Assembly (NCBI RefSeq): GCF_009914755.1
Contig: NC_060933.1
DNA from: the human T2T-CHM13v2.0 reference genome, Homo sapiens
Direction: 5' to 3' (one strand)
Length of the DNA: 64,000 nt
Shown here: piece after piece, positions 1-21,835 of the stretch
Layout: each line of letters begins with the position of its first letter
Numbering within the stretch: the stretch's first letter is position 1
The notes under the pieces: generated by a model
Told to the model about the DNA's origin: nothing
Seen by the model: only the letters and a program-made list of their open reading frames with translations
The model's database searches: none
Made by a program: the position numbers and the translations under genes

Positions 1-157
<157 letters not shown>

Positions 158-309
158 TCAGAAGTAGGACGGAGAACGGTCCGAAGGCTGGTTTGGTCAT
201 CCGAGATCATTAAAGGTGGCTGACCCTAACAATATGTACAAAAATATAAAATGTAAATTAAAAATACAAGCAAATTTCTTTTTTTAAAGTACTTTTAAGA
301 AAAAAAGCA

Positions 310-677
<368 letters not shown>

Positions 678-847
678 TTAGGTTGGGTGGTGGAGAGTGT
701 GTGTCATCTGTGGGTGGCACTGCCCATGGTGGGGGGGCGGGCCTCAATACTGGAAGGTGACTACGTTTAGATTCTGAGACAGGAAATGGAGGGTGAATAG
801 GTCATGGCGGCCTTTTTTTTTTAGTTTAACTTTTCCTTTTTTGCTGT

Positions 848-1177
848 CTAGTCATCCTTGTCGGTCTTCTGCTTCTTGGTATCGACATCATCATCCTCAT
901 CATCTTCAGCTGCCCGCTTGCCTGTAGCAGACTCAGCTTCCTCTTCATCTCCATCCTCTTCCTCACCATCACCTTCTTTTTCCTCCTCCTCTTCCTCCCC
1001 ACTTTCTTCCCCTTCTTCATCTACCTCATTGTCAGCCTCCTGCTCCCCATTTTCCTCATTAGCATTCCCGTTAGCAGGGGCGTCTCTTCCATTTTCCGCG
1101 TCTTTCACAACTTCCTTCTTCTCCTTTAAGTCCTTGGCAATGATTTCAGAGCTGGTGTCTACAGCTGCATCTGACAT
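848..1177 (-). CDS. Intact 109-aa prothymosin-alpha-like ORF of the retrocopy (expression unknown)
   Basis: MSDAAVDTSSEIIAKDLKEKKEVVKDAENG...DDVDTKKQKTDKDD*; CCACCATG context; no frameshift or premature stop. Confidence 0.4.
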   Translation of the reverse strand: MSDAAVDTSSEIIAKDLKEKKEVVKDAENGRDAPANGNANEENGEQEADNEVDEEGEESGEEEEEEKEGDGEEEDGDEEEAESATGKRAAEDDEDDDVDTKKQKTDKDD

Positions 1178-2119
1178 GGTGGGGCACGCCGGTGATCTGA
1201 TGCAGGGGATTAAAAAGAAAACGAGAGTTCAGGGACTCCGGCGATAAAGCTGCCAGAGTCTGCGGCGGAGGTAGCCGCGGCGAGCAAGGAGCTGGACAAG
1301 GAACAATGCAAAGATGGCTTTTCAGAGCAGCCAATCGGGATCTTGAAACTATTAAGGCCTAAAATCATTAGCACTGTTTTCTCCCTCTAAGACATATGTG
1401 GCTTTTCACTTTATTTTCAACTGAATGCTTTCGCTGTTTTGGGTTTAGCAAGCTTTTGGTCTTAAAAATATCCAACAATGCAGTTAAGAGGCCAGATGAC
1501 TTTATGCATGAAACATTGTTAAGATGAGGAATTTTCCCATAGAAAGGTGACCAGATTTGAGGAAATTATTTAGTCAGTATAAACATTTCTCTGGATGTAA
1601 ACAGTACAGATTTTACTTTCAGGCTTTCCTAATAAAGTTTCTAACAGACCTGGAAAGGAGAAGGAAGAGTAACATCTGTTGCAAAACCCCAGTTACGTGT
1701 AGGACAAATAAGAATCTGGGAGAGAGGTGACTTGCCCAAGTGACACACCGATTTGGGATATATTAGGGAGAACCATTAATTCTTGTCCATAAGGCTTGAT
1801 TTAGAATTGTTTTTTATTTTAATGGAAGTTCTGTAGAAAGAAAGGAATACTTGGAAAAATTGAGCCACTTGTAAATACTTGGAAGATGAGAAAAGAGAAT
1901 GGTTTAAAATCTTCTTACCATATCCCTATTCTCCTCCTCTTCCTCCTCATCATCAGAATCACAATCAGTCAGTCAAGGTTGGCACTTTATTAGTGTGAAC
2001 AAGGTCAGTATGAAAACACAAAGTATAGGGAAGTTGTGACACCCAATGTGTACAATTTCTAAGTCACACCTCTCTGTTTCACATTTATTTATTTATTTCT
2101 CAGTTTCATTTTAATATGG

Positions 2120-2665
2120 TTATAAGACCACCAGGTTCGATTGCCTGTTGCATGGTAACAAACCAATGCACCAGAACAGTGGAGATTGCAGCAGAGAAAG
2201 AGTTGAATAACTGTAGGGCAGCCGAATGAGAAGACAAGACGAGAGGAAACTTCAAATCTGCCTCCCTGAGAGGTTTGGGGATGGGGATTTTAAGGGGTCT
2301 GGACAGGTGATGGGCTAAAGTATGGGGATTGCTGACTGGTTGAGAAGTGGGGAGTGAAGTCATGGGACCAGGAGATGCTGAGTCGTTTTCTTGGTAGGGG
2401 TTTTCAGACGGTTGGCATCAGCCATTCTGCTGGAATTCAGGATCTGAAAAACACCTTAAGCAATTCTTGGGTAAAATGTCCAGTGTCAGATTCTATCTAT
2501 GGGAGCAATGGGGGAGCAGGTGGTCAGTGTGCTGCATGACCCTCGATTAGTTAGCAGCTGCAGGGAAATGAGTCAGAGCACACCAGTGCATGCTGGTTGA
2601 TGCCTGACTACAATACAAGCCTAAAGCCTGGCTTGTAATTCTCATTAACCCTGTGAGGGTGGGTT
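2120..2665 (-). mobile_element. ERV1 (MER4-group-like) solo LTR
   Basis: Minus strand has a CCCTTAAAA TATA-like box (2288-2296) and an R/U5-like end CTCTTTCTCTGCTGCAATCTCC...GAACCTGGTGGTCTTATAAC. Confidence 0.65.
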
Positions 2666-2881
2666 TTCCCTTGGGCTTTTGCCCCATTCTAAGCAACACT
2701 TCTATGGATATTTTTGACTACATGTTTTTTGTAGTGCACACTGGAAAATATTCTGTGTGCTCAAATTAATTTTTTTCCAAGACTGTTTCTCATTTTAATA
2801 TCCCAGAGCTTCTCTTGCATTTTAGGCTGCAATGGGTGAAGAAAGTTATATCTTCATTCCTTTGTCAAAAATTTACTGAGT

Positions 2882-3080
2882 GCCTGGGCACTCAAGTGCT
2901 GTAATCCCAGCACTTTGGGAGGCCGAAGCAGGAGGATAGCTTGAACCCAGGAGTTCAAGACCAGCCTGGACAGGAGGATCACTTGAGCCCAGGAACTGGA
3001 GGCTGCAGCGAGCCATGATTGCACCACTGCACTCCAGCATGGGCAACGCAGCAATACCCTGTCTCAAAAACAAAAAAAAA
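2882..3080 (+). mobile_element. AluJ with internal deletion joining the left and right arms
   Basis: ...GACCAGCCTGG followed directly by ACAGGAGGATCACTTGAGCCCAGG. Confidence 0.85.
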
Positions 3081-3310
3081 CATTTATTGAGTGCTTACTC
3101 AATGGTAGTTAGGCACTGGCCTGGGCACTGGAAAACAGAGAAATATAACATGTCCCCATCTTTCTCAGCATAAAGCTTATCAGACTGTGTCCATTGTGTT
3201 TATTTAAGAATATATTTCCAATACTAGTAGTTCTGTTTATAGCTATCCATCTTACCTCACCCCCTTCCCCAGATAAAAAATAAGCAATGTTCAATTTTAA
3301 GACACTATCA

Positions 3311-3709
<399 letters not shown>

Positions 3710-4232
3710 TCACAAATATGGCCAATTGATTGTTTTAAATTGCGGTAAAATACATGTAACATAAATTTACCATCGTAACCATTTTTAAGCATACAGTTCA
3801 GTATGGTTTAATATATTCATATTGTTGTGCACCTAATTTCCAGAACTTTTTCGTCTTGCAAAACAAACTCTATTTCCGTTAAACAACAACTGCCCCTTTC
3901 TCCTTTCCCCAGCTCCTGGCAACCCGCATTCTACTTTCTCTTTCTATAAGCTTGACTATGTTAGGTACCTCATATAAGTAATCATACAGTATTTGTGACT
4001 GGCTTATTTCACTTAATGTAATGTCCTCAAGGTTCATCCATTTGTCAGAAATTCTTTCCTTTTTAACACTGAATAATATTCTCTCGTTTGTGTATACAAC
4101 ATCTTGTTTATCCATTCATTCATGCATGGACACTTGGGTTCCTTCTACCTTTTGGCTATTGTGAATAATGCTGCTATGAACATGGGTATACAAATATCTG
4201 TTCGATTCCCTGCTTTCAATTCTTTTGGGTAT

Positions 4233-5040
4233 TGTTGTACTGTGAAATATATATTTGGTCTTTGTTCCAATTTCCTGGCATACAACTCCTAAGATCCTTG
4301 GAATCTCCAAAGTGATGTCTTTTTGTGTGCTAATGAGTTGCCAGATGGCTGGCAGCTCCTAGGTAGCTTCAGGATGGGGGCTGGTCACCAGAAATGATTA
4401 GACGGTTGGGACTTTTGGCCCTAGCCCCATCCTTTAGAGAGGAAAAAGGGGCTCAAGGTTAAGTTGATCACCAGCGGTCAATGGTTTAATCAATTATGCC
4501 TACCTAACAAAGCTTCTATAAAAACTGCAAATGACAGGGTGTGGGAAGTTTCTGAATAGTTGAACTCATGAAAGTTCCTGGAGGGTGGCATGCCTGGGAG
4601 GGTATAAAAGCTCCACGTCTATTTTCATCTCTTACCCTAGGCATCTTTTCATCAATACCCTTTGTAATATTCTTTATAATAAACTGGTAAATGTAAGTTA
4701 AAAGTTAAGTGTCTTCCTGAGTTCTGTGAGCCACTCTAGCAAATTAATCGGACCAGAGGTGGGGATCCCCCATTTATAGCCAGTCAGTAAGAAGTGCAGG
4801 TAAAGCAACCTGGGGCTTGCAATTGGCATAGGAAGTGGGGGGCAGTCTTGTGGACTGAGCACTCAACCTGTGGGATCTGATGCTCTCTCCAGGTAGATAG
4901 TGTCAGAATTGAATTGAATTAGAGGACACCCAGTTGGTGTCCATGCTGCAGAGCTGGTTACTTACTTGGTGTGTGGGGAGAACCCCATACACATCTGGTG
5001 TCTGAAGTACTCTGTGTTGGTGAGTATAGCAGGATAAATC
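4233..5040 (+). mobile_element. MER21-family LTR
   Basis: TGTGAAATATATATTTGGTC...CATACAACTCCTAAGATCCTTGGAATCTCCAAAGTGATGTC matches the MER21 start. Confidence 0.75.
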
Positions 5041-5243
5041 AAGTTTGGTTATTATTAGTAGTATATGTTATTTAGCATACATTATTATTAATATACACCC
5101 AGAAGTAGAATTGCTGGATCATAGTGTAATTCTCTCTTTAATTTTTTGAGGCGCCACCATACTGTTTACCTTAGTGGCTACACCATTTTACATTCTCATG
5201 ACAACAGTGCTCAAGAGTTTCAGTTTCTCCATATTCTCAGCAG

Positions 5244-6193
<950 letters not shown>

Positions 6194-6838
6194 CCAGCAC
6201 TCATTATTTTCTGTTTTTTGTTTTGTTTTACAGTAGTCATTCTGATGGGTATGAGGTGATGACCAATTGATTTTTGACAGAGGTGCAAAAGTAATTCAAA
6301 GGAGAAAGGACAGTCTTTCCAAAACCAGTGTTGGGATAATTAGTCATCCTGCAAAAAAATGAACCTTGACCTAAATTTCACCTTATACACAGACTAACTA
6401 AAAATTGATTTTACACGTAAATGTTAAAATTCAAAGCATAATATTTAAAAAAGAAAACAGAAGAAAATTTTCATGAACTGAAGTTAGACAAAAAGTTCTT
6501 AGATATGATGTCAAATGCCTGATCCACTAAAAAACATGACAAATTGGATTCATAAAATTTAAAACCCATGCTCTGCAAAATACACTGTGAAGAGAATAAA
6601 AATACACACCACAGACTTGGAGAAAATGTTGAGAAATCACTTATCTGACAAAGACTAGTATTCAGAGTATATAAAGACCTCTCAAAACTCAACAGAAGGA
6701 AAATAGAGTTTAAGTAAAAAATGGGTAAAAGACTTGAGCAGATACTTCATCAAAGAAGTTATATCGATGGAAAATAAGCACAAGAAAATATTTTCAACAT
6801 CATTAGCTATCAGGAAGTGCAAATTAAAACCATAGTGA

Positions 6839-8452
<1,614 letters not shown>

Positions 8453-8489
8453 ACTGATAGAACTGTACACAAGAAAAGTCAATTTTACT

Positions 8490-9182
<693 letters not shown>

Positions 9183-9338
9183 CCTATGTTATAACTTTGC
9201 ACTAAAGGAAGTACTTTTCTTCTTATGATTGGTTTTAGGGAAAATATTACTTTATCCTTCATAGAAAAAAATCATTTAACATATTTATTGATTGAATTAT
9301 GATATATAGTCATAATTTTAAAAGTCAAATTCAGATGT

Positions 9339-11430
<2,092 letters not shown>

Positions 11431-11789
11431 AAGAAAATCCCATTATATTTGGAGTTGGCTGTGTTTCCCTCAGTAGGCAGGTTCATTATTGAGAGTTGGA
11501 GGCTTACCATCTAGCTAACATTTGTGGATGGTTAGACTGCTTTTCCCTGCCAGTCTCTTGGAAGCAGTCAAGGCAACCAGGCCTTTAGTGGAAAAAGGAG
11601 AAGAGACAGGAATACCAGAGGCAGTCCCTTAACCTTGGATTTCTTAGCCTCCATAACTGGAAGAAATACATTCATTTTATTTATAAATTACCTGGTTTCA
11701 GGTATTCTGACATAAGTAACAGAAAATGAACCAATATAGTACCTATGGTCCAAGATCTTTAAAGGGAGCTCCTAGGTCCAATATCTGGA

Positions 11790-13095
<1,306 letters not shown>

Positions 13096-14282
13096 TTGCA
13101 ACAGAGACTCCTTCAGGGTGAGCAAAGGCCTGGAAAAACCTGTATGCAGTTAAAGAAAAGGAAAGAAAGAGATAATCAGTGCATGCAGTTGTCAGCTGGC
13201 TGGGACCTGAGGAGAGTCACTTGTGGAGGCAACTGGTCTTTATCCCCATTGTCCGGTACAAGGCAGGCATTAATCCTGTGATCCTTATCTGAAGCTCAGG
13301 TTTGATTTTATTCTTTTCTTAAGTACCTACTGTTATCCCCAAGCTTATAATAATAGTTTAATTGTTACAGCCAGTATCTCACCTTCAGAAGTAAGATGCT
13401 TAGGAAACCAAGACAAGGAACTGTGTGTTGCAAACAGCATCACCCTGGAGAAGAGGTGGCAGGAGGTGACCTACAGAAAATGGAGTAATAGCCTAGAGCA
13501 AGAAACACAGAACAAAAGAGAAATGAGGGGTTAGGCAACCTCCTGGAGCACCAATGGGACAAGCACATATTCAGGGGCCTCCTAACAGACTCGACTTCCA
13601 GCATCCTCAGATGGGGCTAGACACGTTACATAGACGTTCAAGAGTAGAGAACTCAGGGACTTCTGATTTATATCAAGAAATGCATACACAGCAGACGTGT
13701 GCCTGTGGAGTGGAATTCTGGAAAAGCTCACAGCCCAGAACATAATGCAGACTCCCCCAGCCACAGCACCTTCCAAACCTGAGAAGAGTGCTGATTCTCC
13801 ATCTGAGCACCCATTCTCCTGCAACATCAGGGGAGAGGATTTCACCTAAGGGTCAGACCAGCGTCTCCAAACCCAGCTCCCCACCTTTGCCTGTTGGTGG
13901 CACTTGTGGGAGAAGGGGAGATGGTATGAAAAGAGCCACAACAGGAGTCACCTGGACAGGGTGGAGCTTGATGGAAACTGACATTTGTGCCCATTGGAGG
14001 CAAATGTAGAATTTGGTATCTTCCGTAGCGTCAGGCACATGAAACTCTCCAGTGCCCATGACTTTTGACAGTGACTTCAGAGCACATCTGGGAGACCCAT
14101 GTGGCCCAGGCTCCACACAGGCAGGAGCTCAGCTTCACTCACAGCAGGATTCCTAGTGCCAAGAACACCATAGGTGCATAGCAGGTGATCAAAATAATTG
14201 TATGTGGCTGAATCAGTGAGAGGTAAGAGAGAGGACTTGATCCTAGCTGCAAACTAAGAGACCTCATTAAAACCTAACATGT

Positions 14283-14882
<600 letters not shown>

Positions 14883-14964
14883 CTATATATATATGGTGTA
14901 TGTGTGTGTATGTATGTGTATGATATCAGAAAAAAATAACCTATTCATGGTGGGGGAAAAAAGA

Positions 14965-15200
14965 GCCTGACTTTTGAGGTGTATAAGCGTGGAGTCGGGT
15001 TCAAATCAGGCTCTGATCTTTCTGGCTCTGTGATATGGGGCAGGGCATATTACCAAGCTCAGCCTCAGCATCTCTACCTGTGAAATGGGCTTGATTCAGT
15101 ACCTACCACACAGGGCTGCTGTAGTATGTATGAATTAATGTTTGTGAAATATTTAGCATGGTGCCTGACACATGGTACTCAGTAAGAAACAACTATTGCT
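14965..15200 (+). mobile_element. MIR
   Basis: GGGTTCAAATCAGGCTCTG...GCCTCAGCATCTCTACCTGTGAAATGGG...GTGCCTGACACATGGTACTCAGTAA. Confidence 0.75.
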
Positions 15201-15732
15201 ATTAAGTGCTTTGCACTTTGGTTTTCACAGAGCTAACAATTTTTACTGTCTAGCTTTGTGTCTTTGAAAGATTTTTGAGCTCTGAGAATGACCTTTTAAG
15301 ACCTCAGCACTTCTAGAAGAGGTCACACTTTGAGCTTCAATAGCTAGCATTTTTGTCAATTAGTTAACAGTGTGCTGAAAGCAAGTCCCTGTAGAGAGTG
15401 TTCACGGGCATGAGCCACAGGGAATACAATGTGAGGCCTGTGGAGGTGGCAGCTGAGGATGTCAACAGGGAAAGCACAGAGTACCAAAGACAAAAGTTGC
15501 CCAGGACAGTTCTGTGTTAGCTACCTGGTGGCATCCTGGACACCCAAAGATAGAGCTGAAGACACCTCTAATACAAGAGGCGGATGCCCCGGAGACGTGG
15601 CTGATTCCTTGGCTAATTTCCTCAGCCCCACCGTTGTGCAGCTTTGTGACTTCCTGGAGAGCCTACATGCAAACAGAAAAGTCCCAGGATAAAGAAATGT
15701 GGATATTCCACACATTTTAAAAAGACCTGGAG

Positions 15733-15847
15733 GGATGAAGAGGACAAGCTGTCCCAGTAGGCCCCGGACTGCCCTGGTTTTAACACTAAATGTCCGACAT
15801 CCTGATAACCCTTACTCCCAGGCAAATCAGGCCAGTTGGTCATCTAA
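15733..15847. mobile_element. MER81-like hAT-Blackjack MITE
   Basis: GTCCC...GGACTGCCCTGGTTTTAACACTAAATGTCC...CAGTTGGTCATCTA. Confidence 0.55.
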
Positions 15848-16187
15848 TTGGAGGTTATCAAAGGAGGTGGGTTTTAGCATCCTCTTTCCTTTCCTGTTAC
15901 ATTGAGACCATGGGGTGCTATTGAATAAACTTGATTCGGTTTCTTCAAAAAAAGCCAGAAATTGATCTAATAGGTTTTGCTCATATTTGGTAATTGAATT
16001 GGACTGTATACAGTCTGCACGTTTACCTTATTTTCCATTATATAATGGTACCAAATATCACAATGATTTTCAAAAATTAATGCTTTTAGTGATGGATTAC
16101 TAGGTGTTGAAATGCTTTATAATATACTTATGAAAACATTTATACAAATAATTTCATCCTCCACATGACATTTAGAAAAGTTTAGTC

Positions 16188-19100
16188 TGGCTGGGTACAG
16201 TGGCTCACTCCTGTAATCCCAGCACTTTGGGAGGCCAAGGCAGGTGGATCACCTTAGGTTAGGAGTTCGAGACCAGCCTGGCCAACATGGTGAAACCCCG
16301 TCTCTACTAAAAATACAAAAAATAGCCCAGTGTGGTGGCGCACACATGTAGTCCTAGCTACTTGGGAGGCTGAGGCAGCAGAATCACTTGAATCTGGGAG
16401 GCAGAGGTTGCAGTGACCCAAGATCACGCCACTGCATTCCAGCCCAGGAGACAGGGTGAGACTCTGTTTCAAAAAGAAAGAAAAGAGAAGAGAAAAGATG
16501 AAAAGGAAATGTTTAGTTTGAAATTCCGTTACCGAAAGTTCTCGGGGGTTGGGGGAGGTGGGAGGCAATATCTTTTTGCTATTATATTTCTTATAGTGCA
16601 GTGTCAGTGAAACTATGTCATCCTTTGTAAAATCAATAAAATCCCTGTCAATTTATCTGGCCATTCGATACTTTATCATCTATAATTTTTCAAGACATCT
16701 ATTTGGTTGAAGTGTCTTCATCAATTGATGGACTGTACATCAGTCTGGTTTGGCAGTTTACATTGTATTTTCCTCTGAGTTTATCTTCTCTGTTTCATGG
16801 ACTTCACTAGGGTCAGTGGTTCTTAAGTTGGATGATAAGAAACCCCAATCTTCCATACAGGGTACAGTTTGGCCATTGGTTTTAACTCAGGTCATGGCAT
16901 AGCAGTTGCATTTCTATGGAAGCAAAGCTAACCTTGGAAATGTACTCTAATCAAAGACTCACTAACATCAAACAAGTCATAACCACATTAAGTAATGTCT
17001 TAAAGGCAAAAATCAATAGTAATTCACTTTGAGCATTTAAAGAGTCAGGCTCTCAGTCACTGTCTTTGAGATTATGAGAGCATAGTAGAAAACAGCTTGT
17101 CCAACTGCCTTATTTAATAGATGAGCTCATAGAAATGAAGTAACTCAGTCGAAGTGACATTGGTTTTCATGGCTAAACACAGGAACTGGAAAATAATGGG
17201 AGTATTGTTAGAAATTACAATAATATTGAAATTTGACTTCAAGCTAATGAGTCAAGTATGAAGATATTAACTTCACAAACTCGATAGCAAACATGTCCTA
17301 AGAGATAAGACAATTTTATTTAGCACTATCTTTTTTGTAAAAGATTTATAATAAGAATAAAGAAAACAAAGTTTGTATGCTAAGAGAACAATGCAATACT
17401 TCCATAATTTCTTGAACAACTGTAGTGAAGCCAGAGTATCCCAAGCTTCCCCAGCCTGAAACAGTCTACCACATGAATGTGAGGCTGTAGCCTCACACCT
17501 CCGAGCACCTCCTCACCATCCACATCTGCTCATACCGGTGTTTAGTCCCTACCTGAGTGTCACCTCGTCTTGTCCACGAGGACAAGCCCAGTGGACTCAA
17601 GTGCAAGTCCATCTGTATTCTTGGGCCTCTCTCTCATGATGGTGGCTTTCACTGTGATGCTTCCATGCCCTTTGAGCCCTGAGTGCAAGGCCAAGGTGCC
17701 CCCACAGCTTCCTAGTTGCTGCTGAGTTCCCCACCCCCCAGATGGGAGGTATGCACCTCCCATTCTGGGTCTCAATAGATCACCTGGGCCCTGGTCCTCT
17801 GAAAGCCTATTGAATACAAGTAAGTAACACAAGGCTGTTTTGTTCATTACCCCTATAATTCAAGAAATCCAATTTGCGAGACAGAATTGACTTGAGGCCA
17901 AAAACTCCAGGGTCATTCTGCCCCAACTTGAATCCTGGCACCACTTACTGCTATGTGATCTCAGATGCCATAACTAATCTCTCTAATTCTATTTCCCTGC
18001 ATTTAAAATGCAGGCAATGCCCATGGTTTGCCCTAATGACTCAATGACTCTGTATTAAAGGGCTTACTATTGGCCTGTCATGTCTCAATAAATGTGTTAC
18101 TGTTCTTTCTCTGTGTTGACACTGGATGTACAATTGCAAATAAAACACACACTTGTCTTGGGGATGCTTGCAGTCTAGTGGGCCAGTTGGATTTATTTCA
18201 GTTCAACTATTGGTTAACAGATGAACAATAAAAAGTATTGCTGTAAAAAAGATGAACGTCCAGAAAGAAAGAGTCTGTCTGGTACACAAATAATTGTGAT
18301 AAATACAACAAAAAAAATGTGCACAGGGTAAAAAGTAACAGGGAGAGTGACCAGGAAACTTTAAAATTATAGTAATGTGATCCAGGCTACATTCACTGGC
18401 ATTTCCCAAACACTCTCCACAGGGGAACCAGGATGGGATCAACCCTAAGACCTTCTCACTCATCCAACTAAAGGCAGTGAGGAATGGGAACAGACAGAAA
18501 GGGATGGTTTAAGCCAACACTCAAAGTGTTAAAATCAAACCAGTGGAAAAGGATCAGCTGACCAGGCTGAAGGGAGAGGTAAACTAACCAAATGAGGTAC
18601 CACATTGCTCAGCGAGTCAACAGCAAAAAGACAAGGGTCTCGGCTGTGGCTTCCACTGGAGTTTGGAGGTACGGAATTTTCCTCCTATGCAGTGGCCTTC
18701 AGTGTTGTGCTTGTCGATCCTTAAAAGAATGTTGATCAGGTGCGGTGGCTCGTCCCTTAAACCCCAGCACTTGGGGAGGCCAAGGCAGGAGAATCCTTGA
18801 GGCCAGGAGTTTGAGACCAGACTGAGCAACATAGTGAAACCAACCTTGGCTCTACAATGACAACAACAACAACAACAACAAACTAGCTGGGCATGGTGGT
18901 GCACGCCTGTAGTCTCAGTTACTCTGGAGGCTGAGCTGGGAAGATTGCTTGAGCCCAGGAATTTGAGGCTGCAGTGAAGTATGATCATGTCACTGTACTC
19001 CAGCCTGGGTGATAGAGTGAGACCCTGTCTCCTAAGGAAAAAAAAATGTTAATAAACTGTTTAACGTCCCCCCCCCTACACTTTTAAGTTGACATTTACA

Positions 19101-20324
19101 TTTATCATTAGTTTGTGATAAAGAATGTATTTTCCAGGATATTGTAGACTGGCTTTCAGTATATTTTTGTCAGACTTTTGAGGCCAATTTGGCTCTTTTG
19201 CTTAATGGAAAATGGGAGTGTTTAGGTCTCAGGGTGTGCTCATGAGCAGGCTGGGATGGGTGGGAGGCTTTGGTGAAGTGGCAGAAGGGTGATTGGACTG
19301 GGAAGAAAAGAGGAACTTGCAAAACAGAGACACTTCAGGGAGCAGGTTAGCTGTAGGAAAGAGTACACACCTAGGACGAGGGCCTGGAAATTGGTCATCT
19401 AAAAGCTATCCATGGCCACGTAACCCCTGAAAAGTCTTTCCATATTACAAGGGGTATACATACCCCAGTTTGAACACCAAAGCTTAAGTTCTCTCAAGTT
19501 CACAGTATATGCCAGGTTGAGTGAATTAAAAAGTATAGCATCAGGGTAAACAATGATAGTGCTAGGCAAAATTACTCAAAACGTGGAAACAAAGTAAAGA
19601 GATTCCACTTCCATCAATGTCATGCTATAAGACGATTGTCTGACAAACCCATCCAAGGGTCTTCTGACTCTCAAAGGGTTTTGACTATTTATTTTTGATG
19701 TTATTACTGATAGGCTCAGATATTTTACAGCCCTGTAAAGTTAGAAATTATCTCCTAAGAAACTGATGAGTTGGTTTTCTTTTCCATGGTGGAAAAATGA
19801 GATCACCCCAACTGCTACAGTTTAATTGCCCAATAGGACATTAACTAGGGCTGCATCTAATGTGCCAATATTAATTCATCCTTCCATTTTGTTCACATTG
19901 ACTGTAATAATCCTCGTTTTTCAAATTCTCTTTTGAACCCACTTTATGGGTTCCCTTATTACCGAGATAAATAAAATGTTGGCATGTGCTCACTATCTCT
20001 TTGGATAAGATTATGTTTTTTGTTTGTTTGTTTGTTTTTGTTTTTTGAGACGGAGTCTCGCTCTGTCGCCTGGCTGGAGTGCAATGGTGCAATCTTGGCT
20101 CATGCAACCTCTGCCTCTCGGGTTCAAGCAATTCTCCTGCCTCAGCCTCCTGAGTAGCTGGGATTACAGGCACCCACCACCAGGCCCAGCTAATTTTTGT
20201 ATTTTAGTAGAGACGAGGTTTCTCCATTTTGGCCAGGCTGGTCTCGAACCCCTGACCTCAAGTGATCCACCCACCTTGGCCTCCCAAAGTACTGGGATTA
20301 CAGGCGTGAGCCACTGTGCCCGGC
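16188..20324. mobile_element. Dispersed Alus 16188-16505(+), 18734-19046(+, (CAA)n linker), 20014-20324(-); MIR at ~17900-18100
   Basis: Alu and MIR consensus motifs. Confidence 0.85.
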
Positions 20325-20780
20325 AAGATTATGTGTTTTTTTGTTTGTTTTTTGTTTTTTTTAAACATTCAGAGAACTATATGTTGACAGAAATCTAAAC
20401 AAAGTGTACAGAAGGTGCAAGGAAAGGTTTTGCAATACGGAAAGGAAACTTGGGGAAAACCTGGTGGAGACCATACCTGAGCTGAGTCTTAACAGGAGTT
20501 AGAATACCTATAAACAGGAATTAGATAAATGGCTGGAGGAGAAGGAGAAAGAGGCTATTTCAGACTGAGGGAGCCTGACAGATGATGGGAGCCCAATGAT
20601 GTGGGTGTAGAAAAATGCCAGGAGATAAGGCTGACAGGTGGGGAGAGGCCAGAGCCTGAGGCATTCATGTCATGCTAACGCACCAGAGCCTTTTCCTTCA
20701 TGAAAACGGGATATCTTGAAGAATTTTTAGCAAGAAAGTGATGTAGTAAGATAGATTTGTATTTTAGAAAGACCATTTTT

Positions 20781-21835
20781 TTCCCCAAACTTTTAGGTTC
20801 AGGGGTACATGTGCAGGTTTGTTATATAGGTAACCTAGTGTCATGGGGGTTTGTTGTACAGATTATTTTGTCGCCCAGGTACTAAGCCTAGTACCCAATA
20901 GTTATTTTTTTGAATCCTCTCCCTCCCCCCACCCTCCACCCTCAAGTAGTCCCCACTGTCTGTTGTTCGCCTATTTGTGTCATTGAGTTCTTATCAATTA
21001 GCTCCCACCTATAAGTGAGAACATGTGGTATTTGGTTTTCTGTTCCTGTGCTAGTTTGCTAAGGATAATAGCCTTTAGCTCCATGAGTGATCCAGCAAAA
21101 TATATCATCTCATTCTTTTCTATGGCTGCATACTATTCCATGGCATGTATGTACCACATTTTCTTTATCCAATCTGTCATTGATGGGCATTTAGGTTGAT
21201 TCCATGTCTTTGCTATTGTGACTAGTGCTGCAGTGAACATTCACATGCATGTGTCTTTATGATAGAATGATTTATATTCCTCTGGGTAATATACTCAGAG
21301 ATGGGACTGCTACGTTGAATGATAGTTCTGTTTTTAGCTCTTCGAGTAATCGTCACAGTGCTTTCCACAATGGTTTGCACTAATTTACACTCCCGCCAAC
21401 AGTGTAAAAGCATTCCCTTCTCTCTGCAACCTTGTCAGAATCTGTTATTTTTTGACTTTTTAATAATAGCCATCCTGACTGGTGTGAGATGGTATCTCAT
21501 TGTGGTTTTGATTTGCATTTCTCTAATGATAAGTGATATTGAGCTTTTTTTCATATGTTCATTGGCCGCATGTATGTTTTCTTTTGAAAAGTGTCTGCTC
21601 ATGTCCTTTGCCTACTTTTTAATGGGGTTGGCTTTTTTTTCTTGTTGATTTGTTTAAGTTCCTTATATTAATAGAGCCTGGATGTGAGACTTTTGTCAGA
21701 TGCATAGTTTGCAAAAACTTTCTCCCATTTTGTAGGCTGTTTACTCTGTTGACAGTTTCTTAACTATGTAGAAGCTCCTACATTTAATTAGATCCCATTT
21801 GTCAATTTTTGCTTTTGTTACAATTGCTTTTGGTG
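20781..21835 (-). mobile_element. 5'-truncated L1PA/PB-type element
   Basis: GGTTCAGGGGTACATGTGCAGGTTTGTTA 3' end; imperfect TSD AGAAAGAC(C/T)A at 20766 and 21836. Confidence 0.9.

Noticed and set aside
858-1247. 129-aa Ser-rich ORF on the + strand
   Set aside because: It is the antisense mirror of the GAG/GAA-rich PTMA coding sequence.
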